DNA of 63,406 bases, counting the filler, from Choristocarpus tenellus KU-1152 (Eukaryota > Protista > Phaeophyceae): assembly GCA_964200185.2 (NCBI GenBank). It is 15 parts of 15 records of this genome, joined end to end, with 100 filler letters (N's around TTAATTAATTAA, not from the genome) between each part and the next. Parts side by side here need not be neighbours in the genome. Positions count along the whole stretch, not along the records: positions 48,235 to 52,308 come from CAXNAD020016365.1; positions 52,409 to 58,521 come from CAXNAD020008905.1; positions 58,622 to 63,406 come from CAXNAD020013064.1; 12 more parts are not named here. One strand, 5' to 3'. Below are positions 48,749 through 60,272 of the stretch, one piece after another. Positions within the stretch are counted from its first letter, which is position 1, and each line of letters opens with the position of its first letter. Position numbers and translations under genes: made by a program. Under the pieces are notes generated by a model. It searched no databases and had not been told where the DNA came from. It saw only the letters and a list, made by a program, of their open reading frames with translations.

Positions 48749-51700
48749 TTCAATTGAATCCTTGAGACTTGACCATCGGATGGAGTGCGGCACTGGGGAA
48801 GGCCAACACGTGATCGCGGGGCTTGCTGGAGCTTGGAGTGCACACAACCGGGAAGAAATCAGCATAGTTACTTGAGAGACGAAGGGTACAGTATGTCAAT
48901 GGACGACGGCGATGGACCTGGTGCAGCCTGGAGGGGGTTGCGAGAGACCGATTGGCCTAAATTGATGATAGCGCAGCATGTTCAACCTCCACGAGTTGAG
49001 AGACTTGCTGAGAAGGAGGTGAGAGAGTTTCTGACAGTCCGACGCGAATATGAGATGAGCGTTAGATTGCAACACTTAAAATGAGATATTCAAATTGCAT
49101 TCGTGACGCTGTCCAAGTCCTTAACCGATGCTCAGAAACGAGCACTGTTGTGGGGCGAACTAAAAAATATTTGGGCTGCAGCGACAGAGGAGCAACTCCT
49201 TAAAGCCCCTAAGAAGGTGGCGAGAGTTGATGACGACTGCAGAACCTTCGACTTAGGAAAAATTCAAAGGGATTTGCAGAGGTTGGCCCGGATGGGAAAC
49301 AAAGGGTCAGCTGCGGATAGGGTCATGGGTGTGATCCAGGATATAGAAAGCAATCTGGAAAGTAGCAATATGGATGGTGCTTTCCGAAATAATGCTGGAC
49401 AAGTGGGGGAGACTTGGAAGGCAGGGCCGGGAAAGGTACTGTCAGAGGCCTTTATTGTAGGGCTTAGAATCCCTGTGTTTAAGGCTGAAATTGCTAAGTA
49501 TGTGGCTTGGGATCCTGAGCTAAGAAAGGATCCAGACCAGATCTTTGAGCTGGTAAAGGAAACCGAAAACTGGAGAATGTATGAGAGGGCCCGGGAATTT
49601 GAATCGAAACGAACCAAGCAAGGTGAACCTGGTGGTAAACACCAAGAGGGGAAGCCTAAGTTTGGGGAGACGAATGGCAAGCCAGGGGAAGGCACACCTG
49701 CTAGTGGACTGAGTGTGAGGCAGAACAAGTTCCAAGGGACTTGTGATGGATGTGGGAAAGTTGGGCATAAACATGCTCAATGCCGAAGCTTGCTGGTTGG
49801 AATCCGGAAGGAGTAGCAGCATCAGCAGCAGGGGTACCCACAGCATCGTGGTAGAGGTACAGACCCTGGGAGGGGATCTGGACCAGGGTCAAGACAATAG
49901 CCCGGGGGAGGAACAAGCCGTCTAGGTGCAGCCCAAGGTACAAGGAGCCAGCAGGGGTTAGCTCCACAGCCTGCTACTGAGTTATGGCAAGGCACTGGTG
50001 GTGGGAGTATGAGTGGCAGGGCATTGAGGGTCAATGAGATGGTTCATGATGATGTAGATCAAGGGATGCCTCTGCTGCCACCAAGCCCGGATCCCAACAT
50101 TAATCCTTATGCAGGCCATCCTGGCCTGCGAAAAATCCAGGGCACTCATGAGGAAGTGTCCCTAGCTACGGAAGGGGTGGATGTAGAAAGGTTGAGCTAC
50201 CATGGTACAACAGATGTAACCCCAGTGGAGGTCAACATGCATGGGAAGTTGCCTTTCAGTATAAAGGCCCTGATGGACCCAGGGTTAGGGATCACAGGCA
50301 TATCTGAGAGCCTGATGAAAAAATGCAGCAGCATTTTGGTGGAGCAGTGCTAACCAAGCCCCTTTGCTAGTCCTTCCCCTTCAAGATCGCATATTGATTA
50401 TCTGAGTCCATAGGGAATGTGACTAGTCCCTTAAATGTGGCACTCCACTCGGGCTATGGGCCCGTGGTGGTGAGAAATTTTGTCTTGGCAGTTATACCAG
50501 GCAATGATGATGTATTAATTGTGGGCAGCAAGACATTGCGGGACGTGTTAGACTTTGACATGAAGCAATCCTTCGAGGAAGCGGCCCGAAGGAACACAGA
50601 ACTTCACATCGCAGATCTGGAACAAGATATTACTTCTATGCGGCGTACGAGTGTTAGCGTGGAGGTGATGGAGAAGAGCATGGGGATGGCTCATCTGGAT
50701 AGTGATGATGACTCCATCTATACACTACTGGAGCAAGGCCCTGAGCTCATGATGGACCTTGCAGAAGAGGGAAAAAAACGAGGCTTGGCCTCAGAAGCTT
50801 CCTTTCAAGAGGCACAACGGGCTGGGATACCCTTGGGTGCCTGGGGGCACCTACAGCAAGTGATAGCAACCCGGACCAATGTGTTCTGGGTATTCTTGGG
50901 GGGCAACCCGCCTGCCAAGATGGAGCCCATACAGGTGGTGCTGTAGGAAGGGGCAAACCCAGGACGTCCCATCCAGAGCAACACAGCTGGATGGCAGGAT
51001 TTGTGGGCCTGCTGGTTGTACTGGGGATGCTGAGGTGGATCCCACAGGATTTATGGAGCAACCCATCATTGCCTTTGCCCAAGCCTGAGGGGCGGGGCTA
51101 CTGACTGGTGACGGATTTCAGTGCGGCAAACCTTGTCTCACAGGAGGATTTTGCAGTGCTGATGTCTCCAGATGCCTCTGACAAGCACTGGGGGTGTTTT
51201 GTTACACAGATCCCTCGGTTGGAGCTGTGCAGTGGGAAATATGAGCCATGAGCCGCTGGGATTCCTGAGTAGTTCTTTCAAGGGATCACAGCTACACTGG
51301 ACCACAGTGAATAAGGTGGTTGTGCGAGCTGTAGCCGTGTCTACGGAGGTGCAGGGAGAAGACACCCTGCCATCAAGAGCGGTGGTGCATGAGGCACAAC
51401 TAGTGGCCAGTAAGGCCACTAGGGGGTGTGACGATACATGAAAGCGGAGGATTTATGACCTCTGCTGGCCGTGTACATCATCACCAGGGTGGCATGATGC
51501 AGATGGGTGCTGAGATTACAGCCCCACCATGGATACCTGATATGGCAAAGGATCTGTGGACACGTCTGATGTTGTGTACACACATGGGCGAAGCTGGGCA
51601 TCGTTGCAGAGCAGCAATGGTGCAGCAGCTAAAGAGGTTGTGGTTCTATGCAGGCAAGGAGCTGAGCGTGACCACAGAGATTAAGCCAACATTCCAGTAC

Positions 51701-52013
51701 ACGCAGAACCAGGGGGAATTTGAAATGTCTGATATTCTGGCAGTGCGCAAGGTAGAAGGATATGAATACCAGGTTTTGATAGATTGGTTGGGGTTAAGTG
51801 AGGACGAGAGGACATGGGAGCCACTCTCTTCCTTTTTAGAGGATGTCCCTGTCTTTCTATGTATACAGTTGAAGAAACTGAATTTGCATGCTCAAGCGCG
51901 CAATGTGATTAGGAGGCAGTATATGATTTACATTTGAGTTGGATATTGTATGCTGTTCTTTGTCGAGCTGGCAGTTTTGCTACTGTTGGTAACATACTTG
52001 GCTCTGGGGGTGT

Positions 52014-52204
52014 TGTAGATACAGCATGGAGGGTTTTCCTACCGTAGATGAGGCGTTTGCATTATTTAATGTTTGTAGCATATGTGATCCTTGACTGGAT
52101 CTATGCTCACTCCTTCAACAAATAACAGAGCTGTAAGTCCCAACGCGGAATGGAGTCCTTACCTGATATCATAGATCAGTTCCTGTGGTTGAACTGTCTA
52201 TACA
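52014..52204 (+). repeat. 3' LTR (TG...CA)
   Basis: tgtagat...ctataca, preceded by a short G-rich tract. Confidence 0.9.
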
Positions 52205-52547
52205 CCCCACTCCACAGGTTGGAACACACCCCTATCCCCACACCCCAACCCCCCTCCCCCCCCCCCCCCCCCCCGATCCGAAGAGCACACCTCTGGACCC
52301 CCCTCACCNNNNNNNNNNNNNNNNNNNNNNNNNNNNNNNNNNNNNNNNNNNNTTAATTAATTAANNNNNNNNNNNNNNNNNNNNNNNNNNNNNNNNNNNN
52401 NNNNNNNNCTTTCCGCACACCATTTCGGTCAAACCCATCCTCCATGAAATGATCCATCCACCATTATCATGATCCGCTGTTTTTTGTATTCTGGTGGACT
52501 CGAACAACCACTGAATTGTAATCTAACGACACAACTCCTCTCGCTGA

Positions 52548-52807
52548 GAGTCGAAGTACCTTAGAGGGTAGGGCCGCGTCCGTTTGGGGGTCAAAATCCA
52601 ATGTTGTGATTTTGATATATTTTTGGCTATCTTATTTGTTAGGAAGTGTTAGTATCCTTGTTCTGGACACACCTTTTCATAACGTACACATTTTACCTAA
52701 TCCGAAACATTTTGGAGTAGGTAAAATGTCATTAAAAAAAACATAGGAAGCCAAGCCCCAAACGGACAAACAGGGCAAAATTTGTACCCTCTAAGATACT
52801 TTCACTC
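52548..52807 (-). mobile_element. MITE family A, copy 5 (inverted orientation)
   Basis: GAGTCGAAGTACCTTAGAGGGTA...TACCCTCTAAGATACTTTCACTC; internal sequence is the reverse complement of the other copies. Confidence 0.9.
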
Positions 52808-55800
52808 CTACCTCACCACTCTGCTACCAGAAACTGATGAGTTCAAGAATGTTCTGTGCGGTGTGTGGCAGGACCATAAGAGGAGGGACACTAACGATGT
52901 AAGTCCAGTACATTTATTTCCAACCATGTCAGTAAAAAATCAGTATACAATATTAAGAACGCGCCATAGATGAAATGCAGCTGCACAGCCATTGACCCCC
53001 CATCGCACACACCAAGTGAAACAACTTATTCCCTGATAAATAGATCACACAACCCCAAATATTATTTGCTGACATGCCCTTGCCCCGATTGCAGTGAGCC
53101 AAGTCAGCTTTGCTTTCCGGAGATGGAAGACACACCACAATGGGTCACATCCTTTTTGTATGTGGAGTTGAGACCTCGATACGGATTATCTAGGTAGACA
53201 CGGTGGTGTAACCCAAGGGTATGACGAATTCCACTCTCATTCTCAGATCATATAACATTTCTTTTGTCGCCCTGTCCTTTTCAATATTGTATAAATTGAC
53301 ACACAGGGTAAGTTCGATTTTAGGGGTATACATAGGTTCATCGTGTTCTAGAATGCGAACCTTGATGCCGCCATGGTCTCCCTCGAGAACAGTGGCAAAT
53401 TCAGGCACAGCTACAGGCTACTGGTAGGTGGGACGAGTGTGTTGGTTTATCATCAGACACAAAAAGGGTTGTCATCTTTTGTGTCAGCTCTCAGTAAGAA
53501 TTACCATATCCAATCATTTTCAAATCCATCTGTCTTTGCTAAGTTTTACCAGGTTGTAATGCTTTACTAGAAATAGACTCGTCTAATTTTTTGGAGAAAT
53601 ACCGTTATTTACGTGCTGGATAAGTTCGAATTCCTGGTGACAAACTACCGATGATTGATGTAGAAGACGTAGCGCAACATATGTTTTATTACTACATGTT
53701 TCCCACATACGAAATTAGACCTATCGGGGCATGCCCTGCGCTTTTCCGCTTGCATCCATTATTGTATCTTCAGTATACTCCATGTAAAAGCAAGGTTTGT
53801 ATCCGAAGCAGGACTAATCCCGATCATTGAAAAGCGAAGACAAACGAACTATACAAGGTATTATCGATTCTGATATGAGCAAACTAAAAAGGCGTGGACG
53901 AGAACTAAGAATCTTTGTCGGTGAGTGATCGTTTTGTGTGTGGTATACATGCGTGCGTTCCATGGATGTTGCCTATTCCGTAGTTGGTGCACAGTCCGAT
54001 GTTTATGACGAGGGATCCATATTGTTCTCACACCAGGCGGCGACTATCGCTGCCCTCACTAGTTTTGTTTTCCAGTCCTTACACCACATCATTTCCCACT
54101 GTCCGAAAACACTGTATCCTCGTCCCTCCTTGTGTGTAGATAGGTCCAGAAACAGACCAGGATGCAGTACTTTGCACGAATGTGCACAGATTTCTTGGCT
54201 GTAAAAGGCTCTTCCATCCTTGGAAATGACACTCCTCAAGGCCGTAAATAGAACGACATCGTAGAGTCAGCCGCTCATATATTTGCGGAGAAGGCGACTG
54301 AAAAATTGTCAACTGGCACGCTCTTCCTGTCCTACGTGGTTGGAACGAAATCTTTCCGGAAGAATGGGTAAGCCTAGGATTCTCACAGGAATCGTCTCTA
54401 ACCCTATGCACAGATGCGTATAGCGGTATACCGATCAGTTTGCTTCTAACTGCATCATCCAAAGTACATGTACAACGACTTCAACGCTCACAACATACAA
54501 CTTCTGTCCTTTGCCACCCCACATGCACTTCCCCTCCGTAGTTCTCCACTACACTAAGGGGTATACGAACGAAGAAGAAGACCACGACAATCAAGGCCAA
54601 TAAACTCTCTTCTAAAGGGAAGAATAAGAAAACTGAAGATGAGACAGGAGAAGGGGGCAGCGACCCTAACTCCGAGCAGAACCAATTAACCCTTGAAATG
54701 GAAAGGCAAGAATTGGCATTCACGGGAGGATGCACACGAAACAAGTTTTCATCGAGCAGGCCGTACTCGAGGTCGCAATGCTAAAGATGAACGAGCTGAA
54801 GGAGAAAGACAGACTCGGAATCGACCCCTACGCAGCAGGAAATTTCAACCCTCCCTCTACTGAGGAGGTTGCAAAAGAACCGTACACCCTATTAGAGAAA
54901 AAAAAATATGCAGAGTGTTGAAGGTTTACCCTCTGGACTTTCTTGTGTGTTGGCATCCACAACCAAATCCAGACACAGGAAATATCCGCATTCAATAGAA
55001 CTGTATTCGGACTCTGGTACTAACTCCAATTACGTCCGAATGAAAACAAATCCATTTTCACTTCAAACGTCCGCCCTACCCCTATGTTTCAAAGGTGGGA
55101 AGGAGGTTACTGTTGAAGAATGTGGAGAAGGGCGATGTCTTCCTCAAAATCGTCTAAGGTTGCAAGGGTGTTGCCCTCCCCAACAGTTTAAGAGGTGAAG
55201 GCAAGCAAGTGTAAATAAACGTTTCATGACATGATGATAAAGGAACCAGCGATAGGGAAGCAATGAGTTCTTTGTTTCTTTGCTAATGAACAAGAACCGT
55301 CAGACCTTAGATTGGTTATAGTCATAAGTGCCATGGTATATTGACATGCAACCCCATTTTCCGTACGAAATGGTAAATAACATTAAGAGGTCAATTGCCG
55401 AAGATATTGCGCACCACGCACGAAAATGGTACCATAGCGGAGGGGAAGAACACAACTCATATACACTGGCGTCGTTTGTGAATGTTGCACACTTCCGTAC
55501 AAAAATCCTAAACAAATTCAGTTTAAGGTCCATTGTACGTGTTTTAAAATCCGTTTTTGCTTTTTTTTGGAATTCCCCTATCCCATGTAACTGTGTGCGC
55601 AGGACATAGAAGCGCTCGCTGAAAGAAAAGCTGTGTTCCTCGGTAATGTCGAGGCAGAACTGTGGAATGACAAGTACTCCTCCCCCAAATATTTGGCATG
55701 TGTTGACAGAGATTTACCCTAAGCTTATAGATTGGTGGAAGGAGGGGAGGTGCAACTTCACACATGCTCACCAGCTCAAGTGGATGTTTCTTGGTTTCAG

Positions 55801-58800
55801 GTCAAACTTTAAGTAAGGGTGTATTTGTCTCAGACTTCCGCATTTCTGTTCCTTCACAATGTGTCCGACGACCAGGTTTGCACACTCTGGACCAAAATTT
55901 GTAGACTCTGTAGTTGTAACTGTATGGCGACCAAGTTTGCACGGTCTGGACCAATTTTTTTTAGATTCTGGAGTTAGAACTGTCAGGGTAACCCTAATTC
56001 AAGAAAAAATCATAGAAACGTTCTCCCTGCTGTGAGCTATGCGACTTGGTCAAGTCGAATGTGTCCTTCTCTTACTAAAGAACCAGCTTTGGTTCAATAT
56101 TTCGGTTCTCAATTTATTTAGGTATTTGCCACAGCTTAAACAACAGCATACAGGGCCTACTGACAAACACAAGGCTAATATCCCGTGGGATATCACCTTT
56201 TCACACCCTAAACCGTTCTTCTTCTAATGCGAAGCGAGGTCGATAGCCTTAAACACTAATCAATGTCTAACACAGCATATCGTCCTCATCGCACCGTGTT
56301 GGTGAACGCCAGATTCCTTGCCATGTTTTCCCTTCATTGTTATGGGTGCTTTGGTGATCACAGGGTAACACCGTTTGGGAATCTACACTTTACAGATCCT
56401 ATCTCCGGCTACCCTCCGTCAAACACAAACACATTCGAAACTTAGCCTAACCTTTCGACCAAAGGATGGTACACTTCCGTCTTGGTTTTAATGATCGAAG
56501 ACTGTTCCGCTTGTTTCATGCTAATACTTCTCATGAACATCCCCACTTTGATGAAGCTTATATTATTGCTGTCGCGTCGTAGCTCTGGAACACCTCTCCT
56601 TTGCGCCAAACTGTCCATCACATCCTTACATGCCTACAAGTTTTATGTACATCCAAAATTAGGCCTGTGTCTGTCAACAGGTTTTCCCTAATGATTTCAC
56701 AATTTTTCCATAATGGGTTTCACCGTAGTGTCATCGGTCAAGGGATCGGTCACATTATCCCAAAACCAAAGTAACTAATGATTTAATGACACTAAACGAT
56801 GACTCCCTATTCTCTGTGCTTTGCAAGCCCACAGACATGTGCATACAACCAGGCATATGTAATACATTGTTGATGCTACCCTTGGAACCAAATCGACCGA
56901 AATCCGTGACATGACCCACCCCTCACCCACATGGACAGTCGTCAACCCAATCCACTAACCACAACACTACCCTCATGTGGACATGCTCCAAAAACCCAAC
57001 CTAGCCCCGGAACAAAACTTTCTCTAACCCTTTCCCACCTCCAGCATATCCCTCGCTTACCCTAAGCAAACCCCCCTGAATACCAGACTATTGACAAACG
57101 CCTACGTGAAGAAGTTCTTGATGCCATACCTGACCATATTTAATCAATTACACAATTTGGTCGCTTGAATTAAAAAACCCAAGTAAGAAATTACAATTTA
57201 TATTATTATGCCCTCCGACATTTTGCAGATGTGTCAGGGGGAAAACCAATGAAAACTATACATATGTCGTTATTAGCCCTAAAGAAATAAAATATTGTAT
57301 GGAAACCACTAATCTATCGGTTACTTCACTAGTATTAAATATTGTACTACTGTCTTCCTGTGCTTCCCATCTGCCTACTTCTGTGCCCCGGGGGGGGGGG
57401 AGCTAGGGAGGCATCCCAAGAATCCAACAGACCCCTCTGTGCCCATCTCCCTGGTGATGGTGACTCTAGTTTGAAGCGCATGACACGTCGAGACACTGCC
57501 ACTTGCGTAGTCACCGAAACAATTTGACGTAGCCTGGATTTAACTACTCCTTTCCGGCAGAATCCTCCCGCTCCTCTCCCCCCTACCATGTGAGTGGCCA
57601 GCTCATCCAGGAAGCATTTACAATATTCATACCGTACATAAAAAAGACTTAGCGTTTAACTCGAACTAATCTGACTAATTTAAAACCCCATTAATCGTGC
57701 TTCTTCACAATGGATGTAGAAATTTGTTCACCTCGCCAAGCACAAACCACCAGTTAACCCTAATCAATGACAAAAAATGTTAATACTTCATGAGCAAAAG
57801 CAAGAGAACATGAGCACTTCACCATATAACTAAACCAATCCCCAACCATTCTTTTCATTAATTCAAGTCCAAATTCAAAAATCCTCAAAGCAGTGACAGC
57901 ATATTTTGCTGGACTTACCGTAACACGACTATAACTAACTGTAATCCACACACATATCTACGAAATACACGTTCAATCCCCCGCGTACAAGAAAGTTACC
58001 CAAAAATCGCGATATGGTAAAATGGACCCCAAATGGACACCCGCCCCCCGCCCTCAGATACTTTGGTCCTGAAGGAGGGTACATTTTGGTCTTGTTCTCA
58101 AGTTTCGAAGACTGTTCCTTATTTTTGATGTGAATGTTCCTAAAAAAAACAGTTTTTAAACAAGCTTATCGCCATCCCTTCGCAGCTCTGGAGTACCTCT
58201 CGTTTACGTGAACCTTCACAGTATGCTATGCTCACAACGGTACATCCAAAAATTAGCGTACGTCTATGAACAGGTCGTTTCCGTAGTCTACTTCACTATA
58301 CTTAAATCAATTAAACCAGTAATTCACTTCATCAAAAGCCCCAAAAATTAATGACACAAATCAATGATGAGAGCATATTTTCCCATACTTCTTAAGCCTG
58401 AGGATACAAACGTACACACAAGCAGGTCTACAATATGACCCAAAGTATCTGGGGGGGGGGGGGGGGGCTACACACAAGTTTCCGGTATAACAAAAAGGAG
58501 AAAAGAGGATGTTTTTTTGTTNNNNNNNNNNNNNNNNNNNNNNNNNNNNNNNNNNNNNNNNNNNNTTAATTAATTAANNNNNNNNNNNNNNNNNNNNNNN
58601 NNNNNNNNNNNNNNNNNNNNNCAGTCAATTTTGGGTCAAGCCCATCCTCAATGAAAAGCTCCATCCTCAATTTTTGAAATCGGCTGTTATGTGGCAGGAG
58701 CAGCATCATTAACTTGAAGTGGCATGATATTAAGAAAATCCTACAAATAGTACAACATAATAAAAAACCTTGCGGTAAGGATATTTCTATTCTCTGGATG

Positions 58801-59781
58801 TGAACCAAGGTGCGAAATCAAAACAAAGGCAGACTGGACCATGCCAGCACGCGTTGAGAGGAGGGGAAACAAATCAGCCCAACAAGAAAAAAATTCATAG
58901 TCCTCGACCACATGAGAAGACTTTTCCATTTATGTAGGCAGGCACACGCAGACAGAATCCTCCCTATAAGATTTTCCTGCACCCTGCACGCCAAGCATAC
59001 ACAATACATGCAAGCAGTTGCAACAGACAAGCCTGAGGCAGGGAGCTAGAATATGTCAATGGGCAGAGAACCGTCACAGATTAGTAGTGTAGAGTGATGA
59101 TTATTGAAAACCCCCCATAGAGAATGGTACTACTGAAGTCATATGGAGTACTTTGATCATCCATTGTTCCTCCAAGCACAGTGCAATACCCTCAACAAGC
59201 CAGACCCAACAGTTTGCTCTCCTTAGGGACAGATGGCTCACGACTTCATATGCTCCCATGCCATAAAATACGCTAGCTTTGTGAGCAAGCATGATCACAA
59301 ACAAGATGACTCTTGAGCACCAAATGCACACTGTCAAACCACAGCCTTCTCATTTCCACGTTTCAAAAGTACGGAGAGGGTCTGGTACATTGCAAAAATC
59401 ATGACCACAGGCTTCCTATCCTGCACCATCCAGCAAAAAAAAAATACCCTTGGTAAAATAAAAGTACATGCCAACTGGGTAATCTGCTGCCATGTTTGAA
59501 TTGATCATATAGTTTCATCATAAAAAGATCAGTGTGATCCTGATGCAAATATCCAAACCTCGCAACTCACGACCGAAGCCTCAACATTTAACTCTTCACA
59601 GACAATTGCAAGGAAAGTAATACTAATTATGTCTACCCCATCCTCTCTCTCAAGTCACAGATCCAATATACCTACAAAAGTCCATCAAAACAACCCCCTT
59701 CAAATGCACACGAGCCCCTATCAAAATCAACCCCTCCGATATGATCAATGTATACAATAACACTTCTACCCACCTTTTCCT

Positions 59782-59915
59782 CTGTGCCTTGCTCTTACTG
59801 TACAGGCATATTCCCAGGCAAACAATAGCCTATACTCACATGGTCCCCTGTGCCTAGCTCTTACTGTGCAGGCATATTCTCAGGCAAACACTAGTCTATA
59901 CTCACATGGTCCCAC
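59782..59915. repeat. Tandem duplication of a ~66-bp unit
   Basis: ctgtgcct.gctcttactgt.caggcatattc.caggcaaaca.tag.ctatactcacatggtccc occurs twice. Confidence 0.85.
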
Positions 59916-60272
59916 CTCTAACTCTCAAGGGGACTACATCACCAACACTATTTGTGAGCAGCATCAGGTTTCAGCATCAGGCTTCATATCCAGTGCCCCC
60001 AGCCCCCTCCCCTCTTCCCCCAACTTTAATCCTGACTCTTATCCTGCTCAACCCAAGTCCTACCTAATTGTTCATACCATTCTGCATTGGTTTCAAGCCC
60101 GTAACACCATGTCATCCAGCAGGAATTGCAATACTCTTGTTCTCACACCCCACCATGACGACTTGATGTCCTACCAATCTATTCACAAATTGTACCCTAT
60201 GTGCCCTCTGCTACCCTATATAGTCCCAGCAATTACTGACAGGCATCACTGTAGAGCTTGCGGCCAACAGCC

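Larger units (their letters stand above)
48559..52204 (+). mobile_element. Ty3/Gypsy LTR retrotransposon with chromodomain, internally deleted and degenerate
   Basis: Direct LTRs at 48559-48748 and 52014-52204. Gag with CDGCGKVGHKHAQC knuckle, protease ALMDPG, RT N-terminus, RNase H (DASDKHWG..HEPLGFLSSSFKGSQLHW), integrase zinc-finger start (WIP..HMGEAGH), chromodomain (VLIDWLGL..ERTWEP). Confidence 0.93.

Noticed and set aside
55770-55860. Kinase-like DLKPRNI on the minus strand
   Set aside because: No HRD, DFG, VAIK or glycine-rich loop in compatible positions; probably coincidental.
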